DNA of 64,000 bases from Phoronis australis. Taxonomy: Eukaryota > Animalia > Phoronida. The stretch covers positions 228,911 to 292,910 of the forward strand of contig NMRA01000032.1 of assembly GCA_002633005.1 (NCBI GenBank). Reading direction: 5' to 3'. The notes below the pieces were generated by a model that was not told where the DNA came from, ran no database searches, and saw nothing but the letters and a program-made list of their open reading frames with translations. A program made the position numbers and the translations under genes. This document shows, in pieces, positions 36,301 through 51,300 of the stretch (positions within the stretch are counted from its first letter, which is position 1; every line of letters begins with the position of its first letter).

Positions 36301-39300
36301 GTTCTGCATGTTTGGGACACACGCGCTTTCACGTTTGCGTTCACTGTTAAAATTGATGCGAAAATGTGGCATTGTGTCCTAAACAACAATACACAATAAT
36401 CATTTTTGCAGCACCACAAATGTGTGCAAGTAGTGAATACAGGACTGGAGACAGTTCACTGTTGGTATTGGTCTCCTTTAAAGCACTGAAATGCTCTCTG
36501 GACTGATACCTGTAACTACTGTAGCCTAATAGTCACTATTGAAGCGCATAATTTATGTTTATTAAGAGTTAAACAACACAGATTCAACTAAGGAATTGTG
36601 TCATATGGAAAAAAGACTCCCAAAAGATTAATCTGAGCCCTAATTAGAACCACTACCACACCGAGAGTCACTGACATTATTATCTAATTAAGGCATCAGT
36701 ATGAAACATTGAATGATCTGCTAGCCCATGACTGCCCTCTGGTGGCGACCAAAAGCTAAAGGAAATGACCTTCTTTACTTAAATGTTTGCTTTAGAACAT
36801 ATAAACTTAGAGGATCCTCTGCTATGACACACGACTGCTCTACATTTGCTAATCTGATGAGCAACAACCAACCAAAATGACCATTTAAATGACATACTTT
36901 ACTCAGGATGTCTGCATAAGACATGTAAAGAGGATCCTCAGGTATGGCACATGACTGCTCCGTGGTGGCTGCTCTACTCAGAGCCACAATTAACTGAGAC
37001 AGGGAGTCTGGAGTCTCCTGTTCCTCTTCCTTCTTCTCTTCACCGCCATCTTCTTCTTCTTGTTGCTATATAGACAAAGGAGACATCATTGTTTATGTTT
37101 AGCATATGTCCCGAGAGGAACTAAAAGGCGTTGAATTTACCGTTTTATATGAATTTACCAGCACTGAAATACACCAAAATGTCACTGCGTGTTTAGTAGC
37201 TATCTCCTGAAATACATTGGTGCTCTTTATAAACTGTGGAATTTACCCACAATGCTTCACATTTGGGGAGCATTTTTTCAGCGTTGTTATTGTGCCATTG
37301 CGTTTTGTGTACAGCTGCATAGTACGCATCTGTTTTTAAATTACTTCTGGTCTTCCAAAGCTGACAGAACTGCTATAGGTTGCAGTGCAAGAAGTTGAAA
37401 AAGTTAGAAAAGTACCCATGGATGAGTAAAAACAACATACAGTGAGATTTTCTATCAGCTGCCCCACAGTTGATTCTTCACTTGACAGCCAGATGTCTCT
37501 GTAAGCTTTGAGGAACATATTTATTGCACGGTGCCTATAAACATAAAAACACAAAATTTGACACAAGTCGCTGCACACAGGAACACGTTTGTTTAAAGCG
37601 TTTACTTGTTACCCTAAATGTGACAGTTAGGTATAAACCCTTTAACTTAACATTTCTGAGAGCCATGTTTCAACAAAAATTTTATTATTGAAGAAACAGT
37701 ATAATGCCTTAAGTTTGTGCCTTTGAATACAGTAGTGTCATAAAATTTATAACTGACACACCGTACGTTTGAGCATTAAAGTTGGCTAAAAGCAACATTT
37801 TGCATTAATATCATATTACCTCCATTTTCTGGATTTGAGGGTAAACTGACCACTAACCAAAAAGTTTTTACGATAAATAACCAGGGAAAAGATTTTTTTC
37901 GCGCAACAAGCTAAAATGACTTAGAATATAGTTTGTACACGCAAGAGTAAAGGTCAATTATCAAAAGTGAGCCTAGAAGTCATTAAGCTACATTTCGTAT
38001 GACAAACAGAATGTGAAATTCTTTAGTTTAGGATGCATTTGGCAGAAATGAGGAATTTAATCTTCTCAACGAACATAACGAACTAACAAATTTTCTTAAA
38101 TGGTTTGTACGTTACAGCTGTCACCAAACAAATTTTGAGCAATTCCAACTATATTTTGCCCAAATTGAATAAATTTAAATACTCATACAGCTCTAAATAA
38201 GTCAGGCAGAAATTGCAAACTTTAAACTGAAAAAAATCAAATTAATGGTTTTGAAACTTCCCTTGAACCAATCTGTAACTCCACTTGATCCATGTTTTTA
38301 TCAGGTGCAAAAACTAACGATAAGTCGCTGTATTAAAAAAACAAAACAAAGGCTTCCACCCCAAAGCATGAACCAAACCTTAGTTCCTAAAGATGGCGTT
38401 GAACAAGACTTAAACCGTAATTGTTACTCAGTTGAAATTTGGTTAACATAATACCTGGGCATGTTGTGAAGAGGTATCATTCTAAAACAGGCCATGACAG
38501 CTCGCTTTCTCTGTGATGACACGACCTTTCTCCACTGACCTCGCAGGGATGGGGGAGGGTGCTCCACCTGAAGAAGAGCCATCTCGGCCATTAGAACACA
38601 TGGAAAATAAAAGGTATGGCTCTAGAATGGCCGACTTGATATTCACTAGTGGTGCTTAAGTATTAAGGTACCTCTCTTAAACATCTGAATAGAATGATAG
38701 CAGAAAGCACTTCATCACCATGGGGTCGTAAAATGTCACCAACATGTCAAAATTGCACTTTTTTTCAACGACTTCTAACATTGTTGAGAATACCCATAAT
38801 TTTTAAAAGTATTTTCTGTTGGTAGCTATAGTGCAGAACTTGAATATGACTAAGCATTATTTTGGTACAATACACATATTTGTGAAAAAATGATGAAATA
38901 AAATTTCACATGTCTGACATATTGTGTTCGAAGTTGGTGAGACCTTGCAGCAAGACCATTAGCAAGAAGATTACATAAATGTTGGTATTTCTACTAGGAG
39001 GCTTGCTGTGCAGCCTCACACAGTGAATTTGAAGGTCCTCATAACTCACACAAAAATAATAACAGTTAACTGGACAGAGTGAAATTAAGACAAAACGAAC
39101 ATTAAAAAAACGATGATCAAATTAAAAAGACATTAACATGTAGTAGCAACTACCCCACTTGGATAGATTTAATTTACTACAAAATGGAAGCTACTTTAAA
39201 GCCACCCCACAAGTTACTTTGGAGATGCTTTGAAATTAGGTAACTTCAGAAAAGTCAAGACTTATTTTTATGCTAAGTAGCATATCAACCAGAAATAAGC

Positions 39301-42300
39301 CAACAAATGACAGAAAAGAGTTCTTCACAAGTGAAACTTCCAAAAACATTTGTTACAGCATTCTAATGGCATCCCAAAGTGTAAGCGCAAAATTTAAAAT
39401 TTTGAATCGTGTTCTTAAAAAATGCAATTCTGAAAATAGAAAAAATACGTATTACACAGAAGGCAATAATTCGTTTTAGTCTAAAAAGTTCTAATGCACA
39501 AATAGGTGAAATACCATTCTATGAATGAGTGACTTTCTGGGTGTGTTCATGTGAGAGTTTTTTCTTAAAATGTTATACCATGATTGTAAACATAGTGGAC
39601 AAATTAGCCGTGTTCACTCAAGTAAAAACTTCACAGAAAAGTCCTCAAAAAGATTTGCATGAACAGGCCTTTAGAGTGAGGCAAAATGCAATGTTATCAA
39701 CTTTGCCACAAGTTTTTGTTGATTATGCACAGTAAGATGGCTTCGACTGCATGTCATCATGACGCTGTTTGAGACATCGAAACATCCTGAAGTTGAAAAA
39801 GACTTGTTGTACAGTACAACACAAAGTAATCAGACAAAATACCATTTGCCAGTCACGTTGGTTACTTCTATTAACTGTAAAAATAAATGGTAATAACTAA
39901 GACGGCAGCAAAATTTGAATTGCTTTCCTATTTACTCCCCCAGGGGCAGATCCAGGATTTTGAGTTGGGGGAGGCAAGACATAGTATTAGCCAGGATTTT
40001 GCCCATCCGACTAAACTGCCACATGGAATCAGGGAAAATTTTAGGGGGGCCATGGCTGCCTTGGCCCCCCTCTTATTCCACCACTGCCCCTCATTCTCTG
40101 TTATGAGGGAAGACTACTATGACCATGAATTTGGCTTCAGCCCACCTGCTATGCCAGGGAATTCCAAGTCCTTTTGTCTGAATACTTTTGGCTTGTGCTG
40201 TATGCTAGTTTGCCATTCTCCAATACGGAGGTTTTATAGCGCGTAACCAAGCAAAACAGTTGCCTAGCAACTGCTTTATAATCATGGCATTTAATGTGAA
40301 GGACAGTGGAAGAAGAGTAAAGTGAAAATCCAGAAAGATAGAGCATCTCAGACCTAGCAGTTATACCAAAAGACAGCGTCTTCCTCAAGGTGAAAGGGCA
40401 ATAAAATCACAGAAAAAATGTCCAGTGCGTCATCCATAGCTGTTAATTAGTCACAGAATAAATGCTATTTTATTGAAACAGTTGGAAGAACGTTCAAAGT
40501 ACTTTCAGCAGATTCATAGTTCAAGGAATGAATTTGTAAGAACTTTATGAAAGAATTTGGTTAAATGAGTAGTAAACGTGGCATCAAAAACAGACCTGTT
40601 GCAAATGTACTTGCTAAACTTTGTGATAACTTAATACCAAGAGACTCCGGCTAAAAAACTGGTCTCACAATGGTATGGAACAATTTCAGTATACTGATTT
40701 TAGAAATAAAATAAAGAAGAAAAACTTTACAAACAAGTGAACACTAAAAATCTAAAAATGATAAAAAGTGTCGAAAATGTTCATCAGCCTGCTACATACC
40801 CAATACGAAAAGGATTATCTGAACACAAGCAGGTATATTTGCTCAACATTGAGAATTTCGCCTAGCTTGGACGACTGGCTTCACCAGAATGACCTAATTA
40901 TGCAGACTGTCGTTAGGGGGCACCTTGCATCTACAACCAGGTTCTTGTCGCATACGTACCCTGTAGGAGCAATCTGCATAACTAGGTCATTCTGATTAAG
41001 CCAGTAGACCCTGACAGGTAAAAGTCTCAATGTTGATCAAATATACCTGCTTGTGTTCAGATAACCCTTTTCATAATGGGTAATAATATGATACCATGCT
41101 GGAAGCACAACAGTCACTAAAACAATTCTGTTTTGAGAAAAGAGCAGTAGAAGAAAGATCACGCTGACTACAAAAAGAACAATAGTGATGTGCACAGAAA
41201 CCTGAGTGGAGAGAGAGAGAGAGCTACCTTGTAATGCTTATGGGTACCGAGTAGGTTGAGCTAAGGAACAACATGAACACAGATTAACACTTATTGGTGG
41301 AACATTGTCAGAATAAACATAGTTATGATATATAAAGTGTTCATTCACAGAGAACAGTTAACCTGAAATTGGCCACATTACGCGTAATTTTGCTACACGA
41401 GGAATGTGACCTTACTAGTTTTGAGGTTTTAGTATCATAAAAAGCTTGGCTGACAAAAACTCTGTCCGTGAAAATGAATTATTTATTTTAACACCATAAT
41501 ATTCTATGAGTATGGAAGGAAGTTGATGTTATTTACGAACACCTGAAAAGCTGAGACCTAAACTGCATGACTGAATTAATTTTACTAAAAAGTTTGCCTA
41601 CTACATTTCAAACCTAATATCACATCGGTCTCTCTTCAACAACCACAATTTGCTGTTAACTTAGATTTAACACACAAATTAGATTTTTTTCAACAATTTT
41701 GCTTCTACATTGACATCAACATGACTGTAATGATTACTTTAAAAAAATTGTTTTGGTAAACATTTTACATGATAGCAGTAAATCATCCAGATCATTCGAA
41801 CAACATTCCACCATCTAGATTACAAAGCATATGGGAAACAGTCTGGATTTAACAACACACAAAAATTAACATTCAGATCTTTGCTATACATTCAAAAAGA
41901 TTAGTGCAACTGAAATTAACTTGACAAATCTACAAAAACAGAAGAAACTTAATCAAAGGTAAAGCAATTAAAAAAACAGAAATTCAATGTATCTCCGGGA
42001 GTTACATTTGGCAAATTGAAAAATTACAAAATATTAGACGCTACACACACTTGAAAAATTAAAAATATGCATATTAAAAGTTACTTCAGAATATATTACA
42101 CAAATACAAACACAGTAAATAGTTACAGAACAAAGTAGCAGACATGTAATCTACAGCATTCCCCATCTTCTCAAATGGTGTTGAGTAACGCAAGTTGATT
42201 TGTTAATTCAAAATGTGTCAGAGAGCAGATTTAAGTAGAGTCAGAACAACCAAAGAGAAAGTATTCACAATCCCCTGCATTTAGAAAACTGATGTCTCAC

Positions 42301-45300
42301 TTTTAAGTTACAAACAATCATAAACTTTAACTGATGAGAATTTCACGTAGACTGAGTTGTGGAAAGGTGACCAATGCATCATTCGTATTTCGTAAAAAAG
42401 TAACACATAAAATCTTAGTGCCACAGTATTATGAGTCTTTGACTTGTGTTGAAATCCTAAATTTGTCATTTGTAATGATGTGGCTGAACCTTGAAAACAT
42501 TACTCTGCAATCAATGATACGGAAATTATTTACCTTTATTAAAATGGTAAACTACCAAGTATTTTACCTCCCACAGTTCCTAAGCATTTCTTATGAGAAT
42601 CAATCTTCAACGGACACCCTCAACAACCAAAAAATGTGTCAAACCCGGCATAAGACAGTTCAGTTGACCACCACACTGACCCACGCACGCATGCAGAGAC
42701 ACACTTACCAGATGCAGTCCATACAACACGCTGGCCATTCCAATTACACGCTCCACGATCTTTTCTTGCGCCATGGCGACCACCCCCTGCAGTTTGGTGG
42801 AACCAATCTTCTTGTAGAGCAGCTTCTGCCATTCATTCTTCTGATTGGCTGTCACTACATCGTTCTGAATAATAACCAGAGAATAATCAAGGACCCAGAT
42901 CTTATCTTTCTACTCAAAATCAAAATTATTTTTCGAATTTTCAAGCCCTCTTTTCACAAGATCTCTATTAGCCAATGCGTAAAGTAGAAAGATGTGCTTA
43001 GTTTCTGGAACATTCAACTTCCAAATGAACTGTTACATAAAGCCTGTCTTGTTTTTGATATTTTCTGTTACGGTAAAAGTTCACCAATGTAGGACACAAT
43101 ATGGCCGACATGCGGGATTTTATTTTCTTCACAAAATCAAGGCTTTATAGGCCTTAAGTTGTACACCATAGCTATCATCATCCAGTGTTTTGAGAAAATG
43201 TGAGCATTCCTAACAGTGTTAGAAGAACAACCAATTTTGGCAATAATTATTTTTCCCCGAAATTGGTGAGATTTTAGTGGACACTTATATGAACGCAAGA
43301 TAAATGATTTTACTGTTGTAATGCACACAGATTAAGACAATTCAAGTTTAACCCCAACAAATATATCTAATTAATGCAAAATATTTTTTAATTCAAACCC
43401 AAATTTATAGGCAACTTAGCTGTTGAAGTCCGCAGTATGAGCTTGAATTTTGTTCTTATCTATCTAAATCGCAACATACTCGAGCAAACACTTTGAGTTT
43501 GAACAGAAAACATAAAAACTAAGACCACTGCCATTGAGGTTCAAATTCAGAAAAAGTATTTCAGGTCAAAGATATCCTTAGACCCAACACTTACCTTCTC
43601 TTCAATATGCAGGCTCGCCCTCAAGAACTCCTCTATTTCTAATTCAGGCTCCTTCTACAAAAAAGGACAGACTTCTATGAGTGACATTATAAAGCGAACC
43701 CCAAGCAAAACACACCAGCTTGTTCACCATAATACATCATTACTGTCAATGCATAAATAACAATTTTGCTGTTTTGAAAGGGCACAGAGCCAATCTGAAT
43801 TAATTTCACCGAGAAGAAAAACAAAAAATGTAAATTATGGTTAATTGCAGCAATAACATCCCGTCACAAAAAAAAATTTACTCGCAATTTTGACAAAAAA
43901 TTTCCCTTGCAAGACCTAATAATTTGATAAACCTTACGAAACATAATTTTTGGAGTTGATTCCTCATAACTATCAAATGCATGCAGAACTTAAAAGGAAT
44001 TGACAGTGTTTTATCACAAACTTTTCATCTCATAATTGTGAAACAAAAAAGTAACATCAAATCCAGCATTAGACATGCACTTTCGTAAGCAACATATTAC
44101 AGTACTGCAGGCACTTGAGGAGTGCTATAGCAACAAGCATTACAAACATTACAGGGGAATGTCACCTATTTGAATAATTTTTGGTCAATTTGGGATATTT
44201 TACTTACTTGGCATTTCAATTCCTTTCAGTTGATTTCAACAAAATGAAATCAATGAAAATAGCTTTTTATTGCCCGTCTTACCAGAGATTATAACTTCTT
44301 ACATAATGTATTCTATTTTCATTTCTATTCTTTGTATTTCTTTTTTGTCATAATAAATGACCTTATTTCACCCATCTCGGTCTCCTTTTCATTCCAGGTA
44401 ATGAGCTTGTGGTGCACACGTAGTTTACACGGGACATATCTCGAACATAAATACCCTTCCTCAAAGTGGTAATGCAGTGAACAAGTTGCGAAATCGTCAA
44501 CTTGTCCCAGTAAGCTGCCAGTTGTCATTTCTGATAACTCTGCTTAATGGCCGAGACATGCCGCTAATTTTCAAATCTGAGCCTTAACAAGATGTCAACG
44601 TTTCTAAGCAATGATGCTGGAAAAAGGTAAAAAAAATCAACAATGGCAATTATGTCAATCAAACAAAAAGTGTTTGCACAGTACCACTTACTCACAGAGC
44701 AACACTTCCGGTTTGAAAAATAGTAAACACCGTTTTATAAAAATCTACTGAAAAGAAACAAAATACATTCCGATTAAGTAAAATATGCCAAATTGACCAA
44801 AAATTCATTCAAAATGGTGACAACCTCCTTTAACTGTGTTATGATTCAACTCAAGACACTGCATGGTCGTTGTTACATTCATGCAACAAGACTTCCAAAA
44901 AGGGAACACGGTACATATTCATTATTGTGGGACACTTTTACCAGCCAGTTTTACGAAAGTGTCACTCAGCCACTGAAGTTATGGCTTACTGTAACATTCC
45001 CTTAGTAACATTTAATGTAATCACATCTTTATCTAGAATACATCACTCAATGCAATAACTACTTCAAGTTTTACACAACCACAGAATGCAATTAAGAATT
45101 CAATGTATTTTTAATGAAATTACTTTTTTTAAAAATCAATTACTGCACATGAATCACTGTACATCCAATGAAGCAGCATGGAAACAGGGACTTTATTGAT
45201 TCCCAGCAACATTCCATAAATATCATGGAAAGGATTCAGCCATTTAGGTAAATGTCAACCTTCATGAAGACCCTTCAATTTTATCAAATAATTTTGTAAC

Positions 45301-48300
45301 AATAGACCTTATTCCCATAAAATGGCCTCTACATTCAAATTTGTCAAAGGATAACAGTGACTGTTGTTTTGTTCCTCAAGAGGAAAACCGATGTTAGTTT
45401 TTCTCACAGGTGAAGACCTAGTATTGGCTACTGACACTACCCAACAGTAAAACACTATGAAGAGTGATTATTAATAAGTACAGTCAGTTAAACAGAACAC
45501 TCATGAGTTCTTAGCATGCCAGTTGTTAAAAGTTATGACATCGATTCAATCAGTCTATTAAAAGAGGAAACAGTCCAAAGTGTTGACGAGTTATTATTTT
45601 AGAAAATATAATTTAGATTTTTTAACCAAGGCTAGGTGTGTACTAAGGACATCAGGTAAACTGATGGCACAACCAACATTATACCCCAAGGGAGCAGCGA
45701 GCCGTGACTACGCCTAGTGATTAAGCAGAGCACCAGTCAGCCAACCATTTGTCACAAGTGGCAGTGTCTACAGGGCTGTAGTGTCATTGCACGCATCAAA
45801 TCTGCATTTAGCCTAGTTTAGCTGGCTAAAAATGAAAATCAAAATAGGCCTACTACGTTCATAAAATTAGCCTCACAATACTCCTTATTGTGAAACGTTT
45901 TTGTTTTCACCATCAACAGGATCATCGAAACCAACAGCGACTGAATAAAAATGTTTCATAATTTATTAGGGTTGGTCAACCCTAAGATAGCAAAATTCAA
46001 AATTGGTGCATGTACCCATTTTCTATAACTTGAACTGGTAATGGAGATGGAACCCTGTCTTCATAATAGAGCATGATGAGTCCAATCAAAGTAAATTAGA
46101 CCTAATTCCATTTTTGTTTTTAGCCAGTTTAGCACCTCATAACTGATGATTTCAGAACTTACTAGCGCTTACTTACTACTACTATCCAAATAGTTAGTAA
46201 AGAAGAATTGAAATATTTCATGGAGACAGAATAACACACCATGAGGTTTTATAAACCCAACTCTACCCATGTCTTGATACTGCAACATGATCAACAGAGG
46301 CTCATGGGAGAGAATTTTTGAATGTGGGGTCTTGCAGCTATCTCTCGCCAGTAATGCTTGAGCTCAAATTCTACAGGTTACCCGCTCTTAATATTCCAGT
46401 TAACGAAAATTATAGATGATTAAGACTGTAACATGACCTCCAAGATACCTAGTACGTAACTTTTCTTAAATACACTATTTTCATTGGACTTTCACCTTTC
46501 CAACGGTGGCCATTTTTGATTCTCCAGAATTTCCTCAACATTTTGTACATTGGGTCACGGAGGTTTGCTTCGTTAAAAATCTCCCAATAAAATCAGTTCC
46601 ACTGAAGGCAAAACGGGTTCAATTCCAAAAGACGTGTACATTAAAAACACTTCCGCCATTACTTGAAAGGAGAGTTTAATTATGCTGAAATACAGAACAA
46701 GCACTTTCTAAAATTTAAGATGTTCACCACACGCTCAAGCCGTCTAAAAGCCTTTTCTGAAATTGCATTCAACTGAACTGTTCTACAAAGCCACGCAGCG
46801 CTCATTTATAGTACATTCCAATTGATATTCTACACATAGCGTGACCTAATACAAAAATTTCATGCACTGTGCAACCTGAGGACAACTGTACGTGAAAGAT
46901 GACTTGGCGTAAGTGCTTGCAGAGGACTCGTCTGAATATCGATGACCCTGGTGGAAGGAACGAAACTGCACATGGAAGGTAATAGGCCATGCTGGGGTAC
47001 ACCACGGGCACACTTACTGAGCACAGTCACTCGTGAGATAGTGGCGCCCACTCATATGTGCTGACTTAGGCAATGGAAGAAGTGGGATGATATGATATAC
47101 CATTAATTTTTTTCTCCCATAATTCATTGTGGCATATCATTTTACCCATAGTTCAATGCTCGGTGTAGCTGACCATTTTGCTAGTACTAGGCTTACATAA
47201 TTTTTCTTCTAATCCCCAAACACTAGCAAGCTGATCTGCGTTACAGTGTAGAGGGATCGCGCGTGATCTCACAGTGACTAGTCACAGTAAATGCATCCCT
47301 GGTTGACTGCAGGGTAGCATGAACAAAGACCTTGTTCAACAATAGATCAACTGGGTTTAACACAAAACAAAAAAAACTCGGATTTATAAGCCAGATGTTA
47401 CTCTACAAACAGAACAACCTTGGACTGTGGCTATTTTAAGGACAGCACTGCTAAATACATCTATTTCCAAAGATACACCCAATTACATGATGTGGTAAAC
47501 TTAGGACACAACATGGGTAAATTTTCAAGATCTGTACTACAGTAGCCATAAAGCAATGTTTCGAAAAATGTAGGCAGTCACAACAACCTTTGACACCTTT
47601 GAGAAATTATCAAGAGCAATTCCAGCGATTGTTTTAGTCCGAAATTGGAGGGGTTTTACTAGTTAGTACAAGTTATCTGTCACATGGAATTGGGAGCAAA
47701 CATTTGGTACTATAAATGCCCTTAAAGTGAGACTTGATCAATTAGGAAAATCTTGCTGTTCCTTTATCTTGTCATATTCAAATTGACCTTCCTCGAAAAC
47801 TGGCTAAAATTCACTGTATTTTACCACACAATAAGCGGACAAACAAACAAACCACTGACAGGACTGCCACAAACAATGAAACTGAAGATGTCTTGACCAG
47901 CAAACGTTCACAAGTCGCATGTCAAACAGTTCACAACTTATATAGGTGATTATGACAATTACAGTTCATCACTGTTAATTAAACTTGCCGCCAGTGACGA
48001 TAGTTGAACACCACATAAACGTAATGAGTAAGTTCACTCTGGAAATTTGTAATAGGGAATCATCTCCCATGGCAGAAGTCGGTGAATTCACACTGTTACG
48101 TGAAGAGGGTTATGTGAAAGTGTAAAATACTTGGTGCTTACGGGAAAACTATATTAATACAAGATTATAATAAAACCAAAGATGAAATCAGTCTTGGGGA
48201 GGAGTCTGAACTACTGATTGATGGCTGTCAAACACACTCTCTAACCTGACCATCCACGTTGTCCTCTAAGCATGTCTATGCAAGTGTAAAAAAAGAAAAT

Positions 48301-51300
48301 GGCTTACTACCACAGCAGCACATCCACTGTAACTGTACATAAGTAAAATTATGTAACAGCTACACAACTACTGATGTTGTCATTAAATTGTGGGAAGCAT
48401 CTACTTAGCAGTGCAATAATCAAAGTTGAACTGTGAAAACTATAGGGATGAACACTGCAGTGCCTGTTACTACTGAGGGGAGCTTGCAAAATACTTGACT
48501 TCAGGTTTTGCTGGTGATTCATTATTTAAACAAGAAATGTCCCGTATGGCTCAAGTCATGTGCATAGGACATACGTGAAAAGAGCAATTATACTTATAAT
48601 CATTTGAGATCTTAATTTACGGTGTCAGGTCAGTGAATATTCAGAACAAGGAATTCAAACACAAGATTGGTAAAAAGTAACAGTTAAATGAGTCGATTAC
48701 CATGACTGACTGGAGTTCAAGGAGCCATTATTAGTTTATAAACAAGACTGAGGTTAGGGCTTCACAAATTTTGTCAGTTGTTCAACAAAAACAAAATGTA
48801 AATGGGGGTCACATTGTTTAGTGTAGCCCACAGTTTCACAATCCTACTTGAAACTGAGTTTCAATCCAATTTCATTCTCCAAGATATCATTGGATTGCCT
48901 AATACAAACAGAAAGAGACTTTGCCCGAATATGAAGGTACAACTATCTCGCAAGACTTTTAAGTCCAGTAATAAATTCAATCAACACAATAATTTTTCAT
49001 CTTGTTTGAATATTCACTTAATCAACACAACACCGTAGGCTACCTCCAAACATAACTGGAATATGTTTCACATATCTCTACCGAAGCCAATGCAACACCC
49101 AATCACAATACCTGGATGAACTTTTGCTTAGCGACCTGCACCAATTCCTGTTCTCGACCACCAAACAAACTGAGGCCAATGGGTAGGAGGCGCTTCAGAC
49201 AAGCCACATTCAGACTGCTGTAGGTGTCACGTGAGCCTCGCTTCCGCTCACGTTTTCTGCCTTTCTCCGGCTGGTGCACCTTATCTTGTTTGTTCTGGCT
49301 ACTCTGTCCAGGCATGATCAGCGCCATGTTATCGATTTCATTCTGGGCGCAGAAGTTGTGTTCCTCTCGCTTGAACAGCTGAAAGTGACGCAAGGAACAC
49401 ATTTCAACTGAAGTGGAGTTAAAATAAACTAAGTAAACATTACAAACAAGTGCAAAATCCATTAGGCGATGACTATGCCACCCAGTGAGTGATGAAGGAG
49501 GGGTGTTGCCAGTCGAAATATCTCACATATGACTTTCACTTTAGTCTTAACTATTTTACCACTTAACCTACAGTTTCCTTAAGACTTCTCGCTGGTGCAA
49601 TACTGAATGAGCACTGAAAAGGAATTCCACACGAGTGTTTGGTTTACAAAATTTAAAAAAATGGGTCCAACATATAGCAATTTTTCAAATACTTTTACAT
49701 ATGCCTTTTTGTTTTCTCAGAAAAAGAAATACACAAGATCGTTTACTTAGTGAACTATGCTCAAAGGCCAAACAAAAAGCAGACAATAAAATCGCAATAA
49801 CACTCAAACATAACTGGTGGTACTACTGCTCACCTGCGACTTCGACCAGAACTTAAAGATGTCTGCCACACAGGAATAGAGTTGATCTGCCTCCAGGCAC
49901 GGGTGCTTCAACCAATGGGAGCGATGGAGGTCAACGTACTTGATGAGCAATGGGTAGAAGGCGTAGATGTCGCGGATCATGATGTGGAAGTGCTGTTTAC
50001 AAAGATCACAGACTTACTACAAAAATATTTGCCAAACATGCATATTTTCCAAAGGGTTTTAACGTTGTTGCGAATGCCTACAATTTTTCAAAACTTTGTT
50101 TGATGCTAGCTCTAGTAGAAAATTTGATCGTGAAAAAAAAACATTTTACTTGGTGGTCTATTTCATTAGAAAAATGATAAAATTTCACTTTTCAGCCATA
50201 CATGACCCATTGACGAAAACACTTAATTGTCGAGTTTCCTCAACTGAAATATGTGATTCCAACTCACTTTGTATTTTCACTTTTCTAAGACATAATTTTC
50301 CATGAACTATTTTTACAAAAAAAGTACAGGAAAGGTATTTTTCACCAATCATTAAATGATTGTTACTCGCTGTATGACTTGCAAATTTGACTGTTACACG
50401 CCATACAAAGTAAGGGTTTTAATACCTCTTTATTTTTTAAAATTTTCATGAATTTACTCCTTTTTGAATTCTATGATTTTCCATGCATAGAAACTCTTGA
50501 TTGTTTTTCTAATTTTCATGATTGAATGGCAGTCACAAAATCACAATTCAGCTGGCTTGCATAACATTGAAAATTGTTGGAGGGCACAATCACATTCAAC
50601 TTTATAAACTTCTGTCTTCCATCCCTTTCACATCTCTGTTATCACAAAGTTCACTATTACCCCAGATGTCTTAAGTAGTTTGTTCTCCCAGGTCACTGCC
50701 AATTTCATCCCCAATACACGACCTCTAGGTGACTTATTACAAGAATTGTTCTCCTCATCTCCTCAAAAATCTTCTACTTCTACTGGTCCTCACACATCAC
50801 AAGAACCATACATGACCTTCATGTGACCTCTACACGACCTTGAATGACCCTAAACTACTCACCTCCTGGAGCTGCTCCTCAGGTTCATGAGACATCTCCA
50901 GACCGTTACGCTTGTTGTACAAGAACTGTTCTTCTTCCTTCTCCAGGGCACGTGCATTCTCGCAAATCTTTTGCGCAACAGGCAGGAAGTGGTCCTGCAT
51001 CATGTCCGGTGTGGCATTAGCAATGATAGGCTGAGTGCGTGCTGGTAAGAAATTTCAAAGTATTCAGTTCCTTAGCCCTCCACAGAACTAGTCAAAAATA
51101 AACCTTACTGTCTCAACAGTGGTAATGCACCCCTTACCAAGGGCTGCAGAACACTCACCATAGAGCCGCTACCACTCTCCACAAAACAGCACGCACAAGA
51201 ACTTTCTTTTAAAATCCACAACAATCCTGGTGCATGACATGGCTACCTGTGTGTGGCTGTAGTTCAGTTTCCATTGCTAGAGTTCTTTGGGCGTGGTAAA

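Noticed and set aside
42334-42987. 217-aa plus-strand ORF
   Set aside because: Antisense to a RyR exon and its introns, with no recognisable domain; a shadow ORF.
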